64,000 nucleotides of DNA. Origin: Ylistrum balloti. Lineage: Eukaryota. Position numbers and translations under genes: made by a program. The notes beneath the pieces were generated by a model, which was given only the letters and a program-made list of their open reading frames with translations, had not been told where the DNA came from and did no database searches. Shown piece by piece: positions 49,401-62,004 of the stretch. The stretch spans positions 3,100,001 to 3,164,000 of the forward strand of contig NW_026782299.1 of assembly GCF_031769215.1 (NCBI RefSeq), in the 5' to 3' direction. Position 1 is the stretch's first letter; each line of letters begins with the position of its first letter.

Positions 49401-51034
49401 CTAGCTGCAATTTTCTGCGTAAATAATGCCGCGATTTTTTAAATCGCTATTTTAAAAGCATCCAAAATTAGTTTATTTTTTAAATAACAATACGATTACT
49501 CTATAATTCAAAAAAGAAGCAGAGTGTGGTTGAACTATTGATAAATTTTGAACAATATATTTTACGGAATTCTCGACATGACGTAAGCGTACAGAACACT
49601 GTACGTGCGAGTTGGCACCATGATAAGAAGCTAGTCTGGGGGCTTGGTTTGAATTATCAACTTACAGCACTTATAAACAAACTAAACTTACAAACAGAAC
49701 ATCAATTTTGCTTTAATCCTTGTCGTTGTGGCAAGATCGTCTTAATATATATCATCACTTTACCTCATTAGACGTTACAAAATTGGACTGTTCGTCCTAC
49801 GGGCACACCTGCCGATAAGACACTTTTTCAGGATTTTCACACCCACCGCCATGACACTTTTTCAAGTTTTTGAAGAGAAAAAGTTTGCGCTTCGTAGGCA
49901 AGGTACATTTGGTGCTCATAATTTATGAATGATTTATTCTTAATACTGTACTGATCATGATGTTGACTTTGTTATAACTTATATTTTTTGTCTTTTAGTT
50001 TTATTTGATGAAAGTTGATTGTGCTGATTTCTCAAGGTTTGTTAATGTGTATCAAAGTTCCTTGAAATAAAAATATTCCTTCAAACAAAGCGCGTATAAA
50101 AAAACCCAAAATATTCATGTTTATAATTATCAATTAACTAAAACGAAATATTTCCATAACATATTTATTTGTGTAGCGTGTCATGGTGACATTATCTAAT
50201 ATATTGGAGATCAAAAATAGTAGTAGTAATAGTGAAAATATTGTGAATTTTGTATATATATGGAAGTCTGGTTTAATCTCATAGCACCATGATACTTCAA
50301 GGAAGATAGGCATGTAAATACATTTAATGTAATTACTTACACTTTTATCTATCTGAAATGCTGTGTATACCTTATCTACTTTCCTCAACTACAAATATAA
50401 TTATAATAAATCGGTAAGCAGGACCAGACAATACATTCAAAATAAAGAAGTAGGTTTAAAGTCCTTTCGATTTGTTTAAATCCTCATATTGATAGGATAG
50501 TAATTGCAACATCTTGGGTATTTCAAAAGTTTTATTTAGTCAACTTCATCATAGAGCTATTTATCATTTGGTTTGGTGGCGATAAATATATGGTTGTGTG
50601 TATTTTGTTATTTTTTTTTTACCTATTTTGATTTATTCACATTATTGTCGTCAAATTTGAAATAAGAATTAAAGAAGATATAAAATCGCTTGATATTAAG
50701 AAAAATAGCCTCTGGTTCTCTTATTTTAGTTATGTTTGCATTCCAAAGTGTAGGAGTATGGGGAAAGTAATATAGCTTAGCGGTTATTTGTGAACATTTT
50801 GCAATACGTTTAGCCTGTCAGCACTTTTAGTACTTTGATTTTTTCATGGTATCTAATTTATACCTTTTACTTCAGCGTGACGTACGTATTTTAAATCATG
50901 AGGAATTCTTGGTAAAATATTTTGTTGGTAAACGAGATATATAAGCATGGATAACCAGTCTGTTATCAATAAAAAAATAATATTAACGTATTATCTCAAT
51001 GAAGTCAGTGAAGTACGAGGTATACTGATTCATC

Positions 51035-51655
51035 ATATGATCTTTCTTCTGGTCGTCATCATACGATCATTCTTCTGGTCGTCATCATACGATCATTCTT
51101 CTGGTCGTCATCATACGATCATTCTTCTGGTCGTCATCATATGATCTTTCTTCCGGTCGTCATCATACGATCATTCTTCTGGTCGTCATCATACGATCAT
51201 TCTTCTGGTCGTCATCATACGATCATTCTTCTGGTCGTCATCATACGATCATTCTTCTGGTCGTCATCATACGATCTTTCTTCTGGTCGTCATCATACGA
51301 TCTTTCTTCTGGTCGTCATCATACGATCATTCTTCTGGTCGTCATCATACGATCTTTCTTCTGGTCGTCATCATACGATCTTTCTTCTGGTCGTCATCAT
51401 ACGATCATTCTTCTGGTCGTCATCATACGATCATTCTTCTGGTCGTCATCATACGATCATTCTTCTGGTCGTCATCATACGATCATTTTTCCGGTCGTCA
51501 TCATACGATCTTTCTTCCGGTCGTCATCATACGATCATTCTTCTGGTCGTCATCATACGATCTTTCTTCCGGTCGTCATCATACGATCATTCTTCTGGTC
51601 GTCATCATACGATCTTTCTTCTGGACGTCATCATACGATCTTTCTTCTGGTCGAT
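51035..51655. repeat. 26-bp minisatellite (catacgatcattcttctggtcgtcat), ~24 copies
   Basis: Directly visible near-perfect array with a/t variants and no spacers. Confidence 0.96.
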
Positions 51656-52402
51656 GCTTTCTGTATGAAATATTTGTGTTAAGAAATTTAAAAACAGATG
51701 ACATGACATTGATCAACTTTTTTTTTGGTTTTCGATGTCAAAATCATCCTTCCAAAGACTGCATTCGTCACCAATACACTAATACCTCAATACACCAAAA
51801 ATCTGTTCATCACAAATTCTCAAAATTTATAACGATATCTTTTCTTTCTTTCTTTTCTTTCTTTCCTTCTTTCTTTCTTCCTTTCTGTTTTTACTTTACT
51901 TTGATATTGTCTCATCAAGTAATAACAAGTTATGTAATGTTGTTTTAGTAATATCAGTTGGATAAAACATTTTAGCATCTGTTTTTTATTACCAACTGAA
52001 GAAGCTAAATCGTGCAAATGACATGACTAGATAAGAATCATGTCTGGCCTTCTGTCACATGATGTCACTGTATGGTCTGATATTTAAGATGTTTATGGTT
52101 AAAATCACATCAAAACACTATGTTTTGTTTAATCGGGAGTAATGCGAGGTTAAACTCGGGATGTATTCACCGTGACGTGTCAAGCTTGATTTCTGAAACA
52201 TGTATTATTGTACAACCTGACAGGCGGAAACATGGCGATATCTTGCATAACTGGATCATAGGGCAAGCTGTAATGAAAGTATTGACAACGATTACATATG
52301 TTTTAATATCTTCGAGCATTACTTGTAGTAGGATTAATTAAGTGAATGAAAGTGTGAAGAGCACAGCCGTTTTATCATAAACTGACTGATGCCCGCAGCA
52401 AA

Positions 52403-55400
52403 ATGGTGAGTAAGCATTTGCAAATCTTTTCTCGTTAAAAGAAATGAAATAATGAGATAAACTCTTTGTTTCAATTTTGGCATCCTTTTATATATACTGA
52501 TGGAATCCACGGCACCAAAGTCTTATCTAGTACACGTGAAAGCAGTATATATAATGATCTTCTACAATAGGTCCATTGCCACCTCAAGCACCTCTTATTG
52601 ATTGTAACCTACGTTGCCACATGTCAAGTCAATGGCCTTCTGGAGCCAATACCGATGCCAGACATCCTCCGAGAATGCTACAGGTATTGAATAAATTATA
52701 TTGTTGTTGTTGTACGTCGATTTTTAAAGACAGAGATCTTGGGTTACTTTGATAAATCAGTAAACAACAGTAAAAAGACAATACCGTAAGAAATATTCAA
52801 ACATGTTACATGAATTTGAGTCCATACAATCAGTGCGGAATAAAAAACCAAATGATTCTTCACTTCCTATTATACAATAAAACCAAAATATCGGTAATTA
52901 TTTTCATAAAAACTAAAGATTTTTTGTCACTTTCTGCAACAAAAATAACCAAAAATTTATCGCGTTCTATTAAACAAAATATTCGTCATTTTCTATTTAA
53001 AAAATCGTCTTTCTTTATTCAAATCAAAAGATTCGTCATTTTCATTAAATGAAAGATTCGTCTCTTTTTACAAAAACAAAATATTAGTCACTTTTATTAA
53101 ACAAAGGATTCGTCACTTGCCATTCAGCAAAAGATTCGTTACTTTTCTCTGCCAATTTTCGAAATTCGTTGCCCGTCCTTTTCTATATGTTTGCATTTAC
53201 CCTCCAGATACAGGACCGAGAATATCAGCGTATCTGAAATGACGTCACAGAGCCTTAACAGTTTCTGCATCACAGATTTCCTCTCTGAAACTGTTCTCCT
53301 TCGTCCTCAAAGGGAAATATCAAACACGTCGATTTTGTATGCACAAGAACTCATTCGGAAGGTCATTGGACGCATCAATACTGGAGGTAGATCCCGGAGG
53401 CAAGTGAGAGAGAGGAAAGAAGTCCGAACTTTATCCAGGGAGGAGTGGAACACCTTCACAGAGAGACTCAATATCCTAAAAAGACCAGTGGTGAGTTTAC
53501 AGATTGCGCTTGTTGTCCAAATACATAGCATAGTATCGTTTGTCCTTAGTAAGTGTGTCCGTGTTCATGCTGGAACAGATCCTGTCTTCAGTAAATGATA
53601 TAACACTTTTGTGTTTCGCTATGTCAAAAAATTTTATTTGTGTTGTGTAAGGTATCACAAATTAAGGGTTGAGTTTTTGGTCAATGATACGTTTGTAAGA
53701 AAGTTACCAAATATATGTTTTGCATGAATTGTGTAAGCCGACTACTCCAACAAAGTCGCTTCTTGAAAAACAGCATATATCATCTATTTGCAATTAATGT
53801 GATATATGCACAAAAGTTGCCCGATATTTCTTGACAAATGTCAAGTGCATGGTGTCTCTACAAATGCCTTAATGCTTGTAATTTGTACCGTCTGATTTTT
53901 TTCGTTGCTTTGTGTCTAATAAGACATTTTGCTTTTGAGATCTCGCCTGGTGTCATTTTTATTTGTTATCGTATTAGATATACATAACATTTTTCATGGA
54001 TTAAATGTGCAATTATTACTACAAATGTTATTAATGAACGAAATGTGCGATTTTTACTTCAGATGTTGCCGAATGGTGAACAGTTTGTACCTTACGATGC
54101 CATATCTGATATTCACATGCCACCTTACACACTTCTAGCAGCACACATAGGGCCTAATTTCCTCGGCTGGCATCGTGTTTACCTCCTGCTGTATGTAGAT
54201 CTTCTGTGTCCACTGTCTGTAAATTATCATTACATAGTTGAACATTCTTATGGTCCATTACTAATACTGGTTTACTGATACAGTTGGATTTCGTACTCTC
54301 AACCATTTACCAAACACTGAAGTACTCTGAGTCCGCTAGATATTCTAGTTCAGCACAGTTGCTTCTACCCTCCTTCGAACTTAGTCAGTCTTTTGCTAGT
54401 GCCAGAAATATTTAATTTAGAACATTCGATAGATTGTTCAAAATACATGTATAGGCAAATTAATAATTGGATACAACAGACGCCAATAAGTGAGTATTCT
54501 TGGCCACGATAGTGATATAAATCATTCTTTCACTATTGTATGTCAGATTTAACTGTGCATCCTGCTTAAGATATTTCATTTTCATTGTAGACTAGAAGAA
54601 GCACTAGGAGTTCCACTTCCGTATTGGGACAGTCGACTGGACTTTGACATGGTAGACCCGACCGATTCAGTTCTCTGGACACCGGAGTTTTTCGGTCAAG
54701 GTTTCGGCATCGTGGACAATGGACCTTTCGCGGGATGGATCACACCACAAGGAATCAACCTCATCCGAAACATTGGGAATGACGGATCCCTAATCACTGA
54801 TGAACAAGTCCAGGGAATTCTCATGCAGGGTAGTCACTACGAGGTTACGGAACCAATACCAAGACTAAGCATAGAACGCGTGCACGACGGGCCGCACGTG
54901 TGGGTTGATGGACAACTGTCAGCACTTGCCACCGCCCCACAAGAGCCCGTTTTCTTCTTGCATCATGCCTTCGTTGACTATATTTGGTATTTATTTAGGA
55001 ACAGGCTTCGTATGGAATACCCGGATATAGATCCTCAATACGACTACCCACTTAAAGGAAATGTTCTTCACGCTCCTAACGCACCAATGATACCATTCAA
55101 TAATCTTCAAAACATTCAAGGTTATAATAATTTTTTTGAGTCCCGTACAGTTTACGCTCCGTCCCCAACATGCCCTGACTGTGGTGAAAGTCCTTACTTA
55201 GTCTGCAATCTAACGCTAGGGAGATGTCGTTCTCTTTCTGCAGCTGAGGTTGCGCCATCTCGTGTAGTACCATTTGGAGCTGCTGACGCTGCCGCGACCG
55301 GTGCAGTTGCCGGTGCAGCTGCCGCTGTTGGTCAACTCAAAATACAGAAACTCGTGAAAAAGTTGGGGCCTCTTAAGATAGGGTCGCGGTTTAAAGTATT

Positions 55401-56190
55401 TAGTCGAGATCCTAGAACAAGAGGGGATACTCTTCCAAATTCACCTCTAGCTACCAGAAGAAGGCGAAGTTTTAGTAACGATTCAAATGTGAACGAAGCA
55501 ATATTCCAAACAAAGAATATGAAAAGTAGGGGTCATGTAGGAGATTCCCAGATTGATAAACCATACCTGAATACATTCGTTCTGGACAGTGTTAGTGATG
55601 AAAAACTTTGGGTGTATATTCCTGTGAAAATTATTTATGAAAAACCTTCTGAAATGTCAACAAACCCTGTTGAATTACCAGAGAGTATTTCCCCGCGTCA
55701 ACGTAATTTAATCACAAAAGAAATTAACAACACAGAAATTGTACAACCTACTATCCCAGCTTCTTCTCCGAAATGCCATGTTTCCGGTTCCGGTGCTTCT
55801 AAAGTTTATGTCCAGACCGATGGTATTGACTATTCCGGCAGATACAAAGACTATGCTGTGGTAGATGAGAGGCTGCCGATCTCATCTGCTATGATATATG
55901 TCGGTGTCAAAAATCCAAAACACAGTGCAGCGAAATTTTATATGAGTGCATTTGACTCTTGCGGTCATGTATGTAAACCCAATTGTTTAGCAAACGGTGA
56001 ATATAATGCATGCTCTGGAACCTTCCAAATTACATCGTCTTCGCCTTTGATGTATGGAGTGACCGTTAAGGAAGCTGCCAACGGAGTATGGGAAACGGAA
56101 GGCAAGCTTCCGGTTGTTTCAGAATACGGCAATGCACCTGTGGTATTTACTTGCAAAATATACACTAATTGGCCTTGGGATTTATCTTAA
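52403..56190 (+). CDS. Tyrosinase-like protein, paralog 4 (~708 aa)
   Basis: Exons are 52403-52405 (ATG|gtgagt), 52571-52683, 53208-53490, 54063-54190 and 54591-56190, with phases 0/2/0/2. It has a signal peptide, GLLEPIPMPDILRECY, CuA DIH..AAHIGPNFLGWHR, PYWD, CuB IERVHDGPHVW..QEPVFFLHHAFVD, and a C-terminus WPWDLS. Confidence 0.92.
52870..53165. repeat. Degenerate ~26-28-bp tandem repeat (aaagattcgtcattttc..) in the paralog-4-specific intron
   Basis: Recurring aa(a/g)attcgtc(a/t)(c/t)ttt motifs. Confidence 0.65.
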
Positions 56191-58594
56191 TTTGCACTTT
56201 TGACGATAGAGATATATTTCGAGTATTTGCATATTCCAAAACAACGAATCATAAAATGGAAATTTATGTAATATAAATTTCAAAATGCAATACATGGGAA
56301 CTAAATCAATATAAAGTCTTTGGTGGTGTTTATTGTAATCAATAATGAAAGGTTTGGGTATTAAAATAACATTTCATTGTTGTTTTAAGGATCATTTTTC
56401 ACGTTGGTGTAATAACAAATGACCTTATAGGATGAAACAAAATCATAATTCTAATTCAAATTTGAATGGATAAAACAAGAGCAAAATATGAAAAAAAGAA
56501 GAAAACCAAAATTCTTTAATGGTGGGTGACGTAATTTGAATCTAGACAATCAAAATGATAAAACGTCCTCAAAATAGAATATATTATCAACGCCGAAAGC
56601 ATCAAGTACAGAACAGGTCACTGATTAAAGTCGAATGTTTCCAAATATTTCGTAACGACGCCTATCAATTTCATCATTAAACTTTTTCCCCCCGAAATCA
56701 TGTTCTGTTATCATTCTGTCATATAACGACTTCTACCGAGAAAATAAGTCGGTAAGAAAAAGAATAGAATTAACTGTAATAAGTCCGCAGTTCGACAGTA
56801 AGCAGAGAGTGAAGTTTTTATAAAGATTCTAAACTCATTATACATAACATTGCAAGTTCAGGTTCCTTTTAAGACGTCAGTTAGGCATTTGCTACACAGA
56901 TGTTGTTTTTTAAAAAACAAAATGTCATTGATATATGTATATCTGCGGAGTGAACCCGAAGGACAGGGCACACTTAGCTCTCCGATAAATCTTGCCTCAT
57001 ATTAAGAAATAAAGGCTATCAAGGACGGAACACGTATTGGTCACATGGATATTTTTTATGATCTATAATAAAATCTTAGTACCAATCCCACGAAAAATAC
57101 AAGATGCATGATGAAATATAACGATATCATACCCTATAAGTCACGTTGCAGTAACGCACTTAGTCAGTCCTTTGATTTACATTACTCTGATGGACATTTG
57201 CATAATCAAATCATGTGACAAGCCAATTTATCACTTATTTAAGGAGCAATATAAGTCGTTATTTTGATAAGAAAAATCTTCGTATAAAAGATGTAGTGGT
57301 TTTTTTTTTTTTTTTTTTTTATCACATTATATGTCAGATTGTGCAAAGATTACTGTGATTTAATGCCAAGGTTATAATTTGCATTGGTAGGCGTATATGC
57401 ATGACTGTTTTCAACTTCTAAATATTCGCACTGCATGTCCATGGGCAGGTGGTTCTTTGAAAGCATGAGTAAAATAATGAATGAAGGGAGCTAACCTCTT
57501 ATTGTTAATGAACGCGTCATATCTGGCCATAGATAAATAAAGACAAAGAAGTAGATCAGCTACTACTTACCTCATATTTAAACCTTAAATCTAAATAATA
57601 TTAACATATATAAACATATTTAAGAGACACTGTTAAAAGTATATATTTGAAAAGGTTTACGATCGAGTCAGATACTGACAAGCAACTAAACTTCCACTGA
57701 GTTATGCTCTCTACCAAGGTCGTAAGCAATTCTGTATTAAAATGTGCATGTATGATTACGACAATGATATACCATCATGTAAGTACAATCAGTACACCAT
57801 TGTTTTTCAAACAATTAAAATAAATATTATCATTGCTGATAACACTAGGGAAGCTTTTAAGCATCATCATCGAATGTTATTATTAAACACATGTATATAC
57901 AAGTTGCAAAATCGGTAACAAATATTATTTTTAAAATCACATTTCAGTATGAGATTTCAAGCAGTTAAATCATGTTACGGAGAGTCGGATGTCAGAGGGT
58001 CAGGACTGTTGAGGACAAACCAATAAAATATTATAATAAGGTAATCAAACGTGTACAAAATACGGGAATAGAAATGGAGATTGTCTCTTTGATTAACGTG
58101 AAAAATAAACTAGTAAATTAAGTAGCAACTTTACGTAAGCACAGAGGTCAAAAGATTATATCGCAAATCAAATTTTATATTTATTATGAAAGGTCGTAGT
58201 TTTCGGAACATTTCAAAGACATATTCAATTGTATATGATAATCGGATTGATATTGAGGCGATATGATGGGATGCATGCTTGGTAGAATGTGCGTAGTTTG
58301 AAGCGACATTTCCGGAAACAAGATTTTGCACTTTAAAAACTTCAGTGTTAAAGGTAGTCTGCAATAAATAACATAGAGAGGATCCGAATTTTAATATCTA
58401 CATCAATATAATACCTGGAAAACTGATTTATCGTTATAACCCAACTATCAACCGTAATAACGTAGAACATTGGTATTATCTAATAATGAATATAATCATC
58501 AAAACACAAATTAGATTAAACTAAGGCTACATATACATAGAAAGTAGAGAAACACGAATGCTCCTGAAATGTTAAGTCAATTGATGCATATCAG

Positions 58595-58690
58595 AACGTC
58601 ACTTTTCCAAATGAGAATTGGGTATACAACAATGGAACCAACATGTATATTGACGAGCATCAAAGATGTCCAACTTCACGTCGCACAAGG
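58595..58690 (-). mobile_element. Short 3' fragment of the Penelope-like family
   Basis: ggtatacaacaatggaaccaac..gacgagcatcaaagatgtccaacttca matches 8524-8545 onward and 37613-37670. Confidence 0.5.
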
Positions 58691-59750
58691 AAGTACAATA
58701 TTTCCAAATTAGATCATTATCGCGACTATAAAACTTCCCCCGTCATTATCATCATCAGCCTGCATCTCTCGAAACCAAGTGTTGTGACTTTTCAGAATCC
58801 GATATATCGCATGAAAATCGTAATATTGTGAAGCAGTTGAATATCGACAAATAAACACTATAAATTAGGGATTCAAGTTTGTTGCTATCCAGAAAATGAA
58901 AATGAACACTAGGGAAATTGAAATCATGGCGCTTATCTGTTGGTTTGGTTGTAGAAAAAAGTGAGGTAAGTGGGTACTGCTGAAGCGTCTGTCGTGCCCC
59001 TGATTTTCAGTTATGGATGGTATCCACGATTGGTCAACATATATGTAGTTCATAAATTTCTTTTTACTTAAAGACATCATCAATAAAGCTGAAAGTGAAA
59101 TTGAATGTCTATGTGACCTTTCGGTTGTCACCGCTTTAAATAGAAATACATGTACTCCATTTATCATTATCAATTTAATACAGACCCGGATCCAGAATTG
59201 CGGGTTAGTGGGGATGCACATTTTTGTATTGTGCCCAACACCTCCCTTTATTTCCAGCTTTTCTGTGTTAAGTTTACATACTTTATATATTGTATAATCG
59301 TTCTAGCTTCGACATATAATCACGAATTTCATTACACATAGGACGGAAAACGAAAATATAAAGTATAATGTTATGCCCTGATTTTTTGGCGAAAACAAAT
59401 AATTACTATACATGTAATGTCCTCAATTCAGTTATTCCTGTGTGACTTGAAAAGCCGTATATTACATAAAACTTCTACTCTGAGGTGTGATGATAGGATT
59501 TCATTTTATTATCCTGCAAATTTTTGTAATACATCCGTTTCATGACAGGTGCGATAACACGAGGCCAATATCTACGTAAATATATATACATATAAAGAGC
59601 TTATATATAAGGTCTTTATATGTTTATGTGTCTCGTATTTCATGTACATACGTTCGGTCGTTATCGGACGTTTTTGATTAAATCTTCACTTTGATAGCCG
59701 ATTAGGAGATAACACACGTCTAAATCAACTCCTGTCGTCTGCTCTTCAAC

Positions 59751-62004
59751 ATGGCGGTCGTCAGAGTGGAATATACAGAGGATGGATTTGCCATCATCAC
59801 GATGCAGAACGGTGAAAACAGACTAAATCAAATCTATGTAAACGAAATGACGCAAATTCTGGACGACATTGAAAGGTCAGTAGGAAACGTGTCGCGTGAT
59901 TTATCAAAATGAAATAGAAGGGTCAGTATGTAGGACGACGGGTACTTGCCACGTGTGCTGATACACCTGAAATCCTAAGGTCGGTCAGTTCGCCTGACAC
60001 TGGTTTGTCTATGGGAGTACATGACTTGACATAATCAAGATTCATCTTCAGTTCAGTGTCGTGACTAATATACTTCATTGTAAATTATATACCACTTTTT
60101 AAAACGTTTCAAGGTGGCCATTTTATCATTGAAATGACCAATTTTATGTTACATCTATAACATCAATTACAGTCTATATCTGCATACGAGGATAAAAAAT
60201 GTTCAGCACTAAAGTTTAAGATTTTTAAAATGTCCACCAAAACATAATTTGATCCATTCGTAAAGCATTAATTCTTCCTATTTGAAGACACAATAGCAGT
60301 TAGGCCTAGACAATATGGTAATAGTGCAAATGCATTGAAGAGCAGAAAATAACGCCGAATGCATTGCTACGACGGAAACGGAGCCAACATTGTTTGAATA
60401 AAATGTGACACTTCGTACAATTAGATACACTGTATTCAATGAAGAGAAACGTACGGCAAATGTTAATCAAATTAAATTGCCCTCGATGAAATGTTTCAGA
60501 AATAAAGATGTGAAGGCAGTAATCACTACAGGAGAAGGGAAGTTTTTCAGTAATGGCCTTGACCTCGAGTGGATGAAATCTAACACAGAGGATGTAGTGA
60601 ACGCCTTCAGATACGGGTTGCATGCGTTACAGTGGCGCCTGGTGCACTTCCCACTTCCAACGGTGGCTTTATTAAATGGTAAGCAAAACCAATCCATATG
60701 TAATGCGATTTTTTTTTCAAAGTCGTGATTCCAACGTATTGTCTGCACACTGCAGTTGTAAATATACATGTACTGGCAAATAATTTGTTTTTGTGGATGT
60801 TTCATTTTCGTCAATTTCGTGGGAACTTTTAGTGCACGAAATAGATGTCAGAAAATAATAATCCTTTAAAGACACAATTGTTATTATTTTATATATACTG
60901 TTTTGTTAATTTGAAAATCATGAATTTTGAATCTCACGAAAATAAGCTTTAAGTATAAATAATTGTATTCGATTCTGTAGGACACGCATTTGCTGGTGGG
61001 GCGTTTATTGCAATAGCACATGACTATCGCGTCATGAACTCAAAAAGAGGCTGGATTAGTTGGAATGAAATACTCGTAAATCTCCAGTTAAATCAGGCTT
61101 CGTTAGAGTTACTAAGGTAAGTACTCGTATACATGACATTTTACTTCATTCATAAGGATTCCCGGAAGTGTGGAGGAAAAGTCTTCCTGTGCATGTTTTT
61201 AACTATTGAAGTTCCGTTTATCTGAAATGCTTGACATTTCCCTCAAACAAACTGTCGTATAAGTCAGCATTCATTAAGTATATTTCATACAAAGTTAATG
61301 TTAATTGACTATACCTATATTTGGAATATCATTTCAGACAAAAAAAACCCAATTCAAATCTCTTCTCAGTTCCTGATGTCATCAGAGATCAGTTATTTTT
61401 CAGACTTTAGAACTTTAGTCGGATTTCTTCTCTGTTCTCAAAAAGCTTAAACATTTAATGGCTTGATTTGTGTTTAACCATTTGATTTTTTGTCGTATGT
61501 TTTAAAAACAATTATTAAAAGCAAATGAAAACTTAACTTAATTAAAATATACGTGATTGAATTACTTGTTAAACAAAAATGTATCGGCTCGTCAAATATT
61601 GTACATTTTGCAGTATGAATTAAAAGTGTTCACGCTGTAGTACCAACATAGATACAAGTACAGCGAACATGTCTTTGAAGACTTCTGTCATTATACATGT
61701 ATGCAGAGTAAACGTAAGCCACAGAAATCAGTGTAACGCATTCCATTGTACTTATAGACAGAAAATCTCCCGTATGGATGCCTTGAGAGAAGCTGTCTTG
61801 TTTGCCAAAAGAATAACTGCCACCAGAGCTGTCGAGCTAGGGATAGTAGACGCGGCTGTCGAACCACAGAACCTTCTCAAAGAGGCCAAACGCATAGCAC
61901 TTCAGGCACTAGGACCAAACGGGATTGACAGCAGCATGCTTCAAACTATGAAGAAAGACTTATTCCAACAGCCCAATATTGACAAAGTCAATGCTAAACT
62001 TTAA
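59751..62004 (+). CDS. Crotonase-superfamily protein, peroxisomal delta3,delta2-enoyl-CoA isomerase-like (228 aa)
   Basis: Exons are 59751-59875, 60500-60678, 60981-61116 and 61758-62004, in phase 2/1/2. Motifs: ENRLN, VITTGEGKFFSNGLDL, FPLPTVALLNGHAFAGG, HDYRVMNSKRGWISWNE and ITATRAVELGIVD. The C-terminal AKL is a PTS1-type signal. Confidence 0.9.

Noticed and set aside
51035-51668. CRISPR-like array or 175-aa ORF
   Set aside because: A contiguous 26-bp tandem repeat without spacers; the ORF is repeat-derived.
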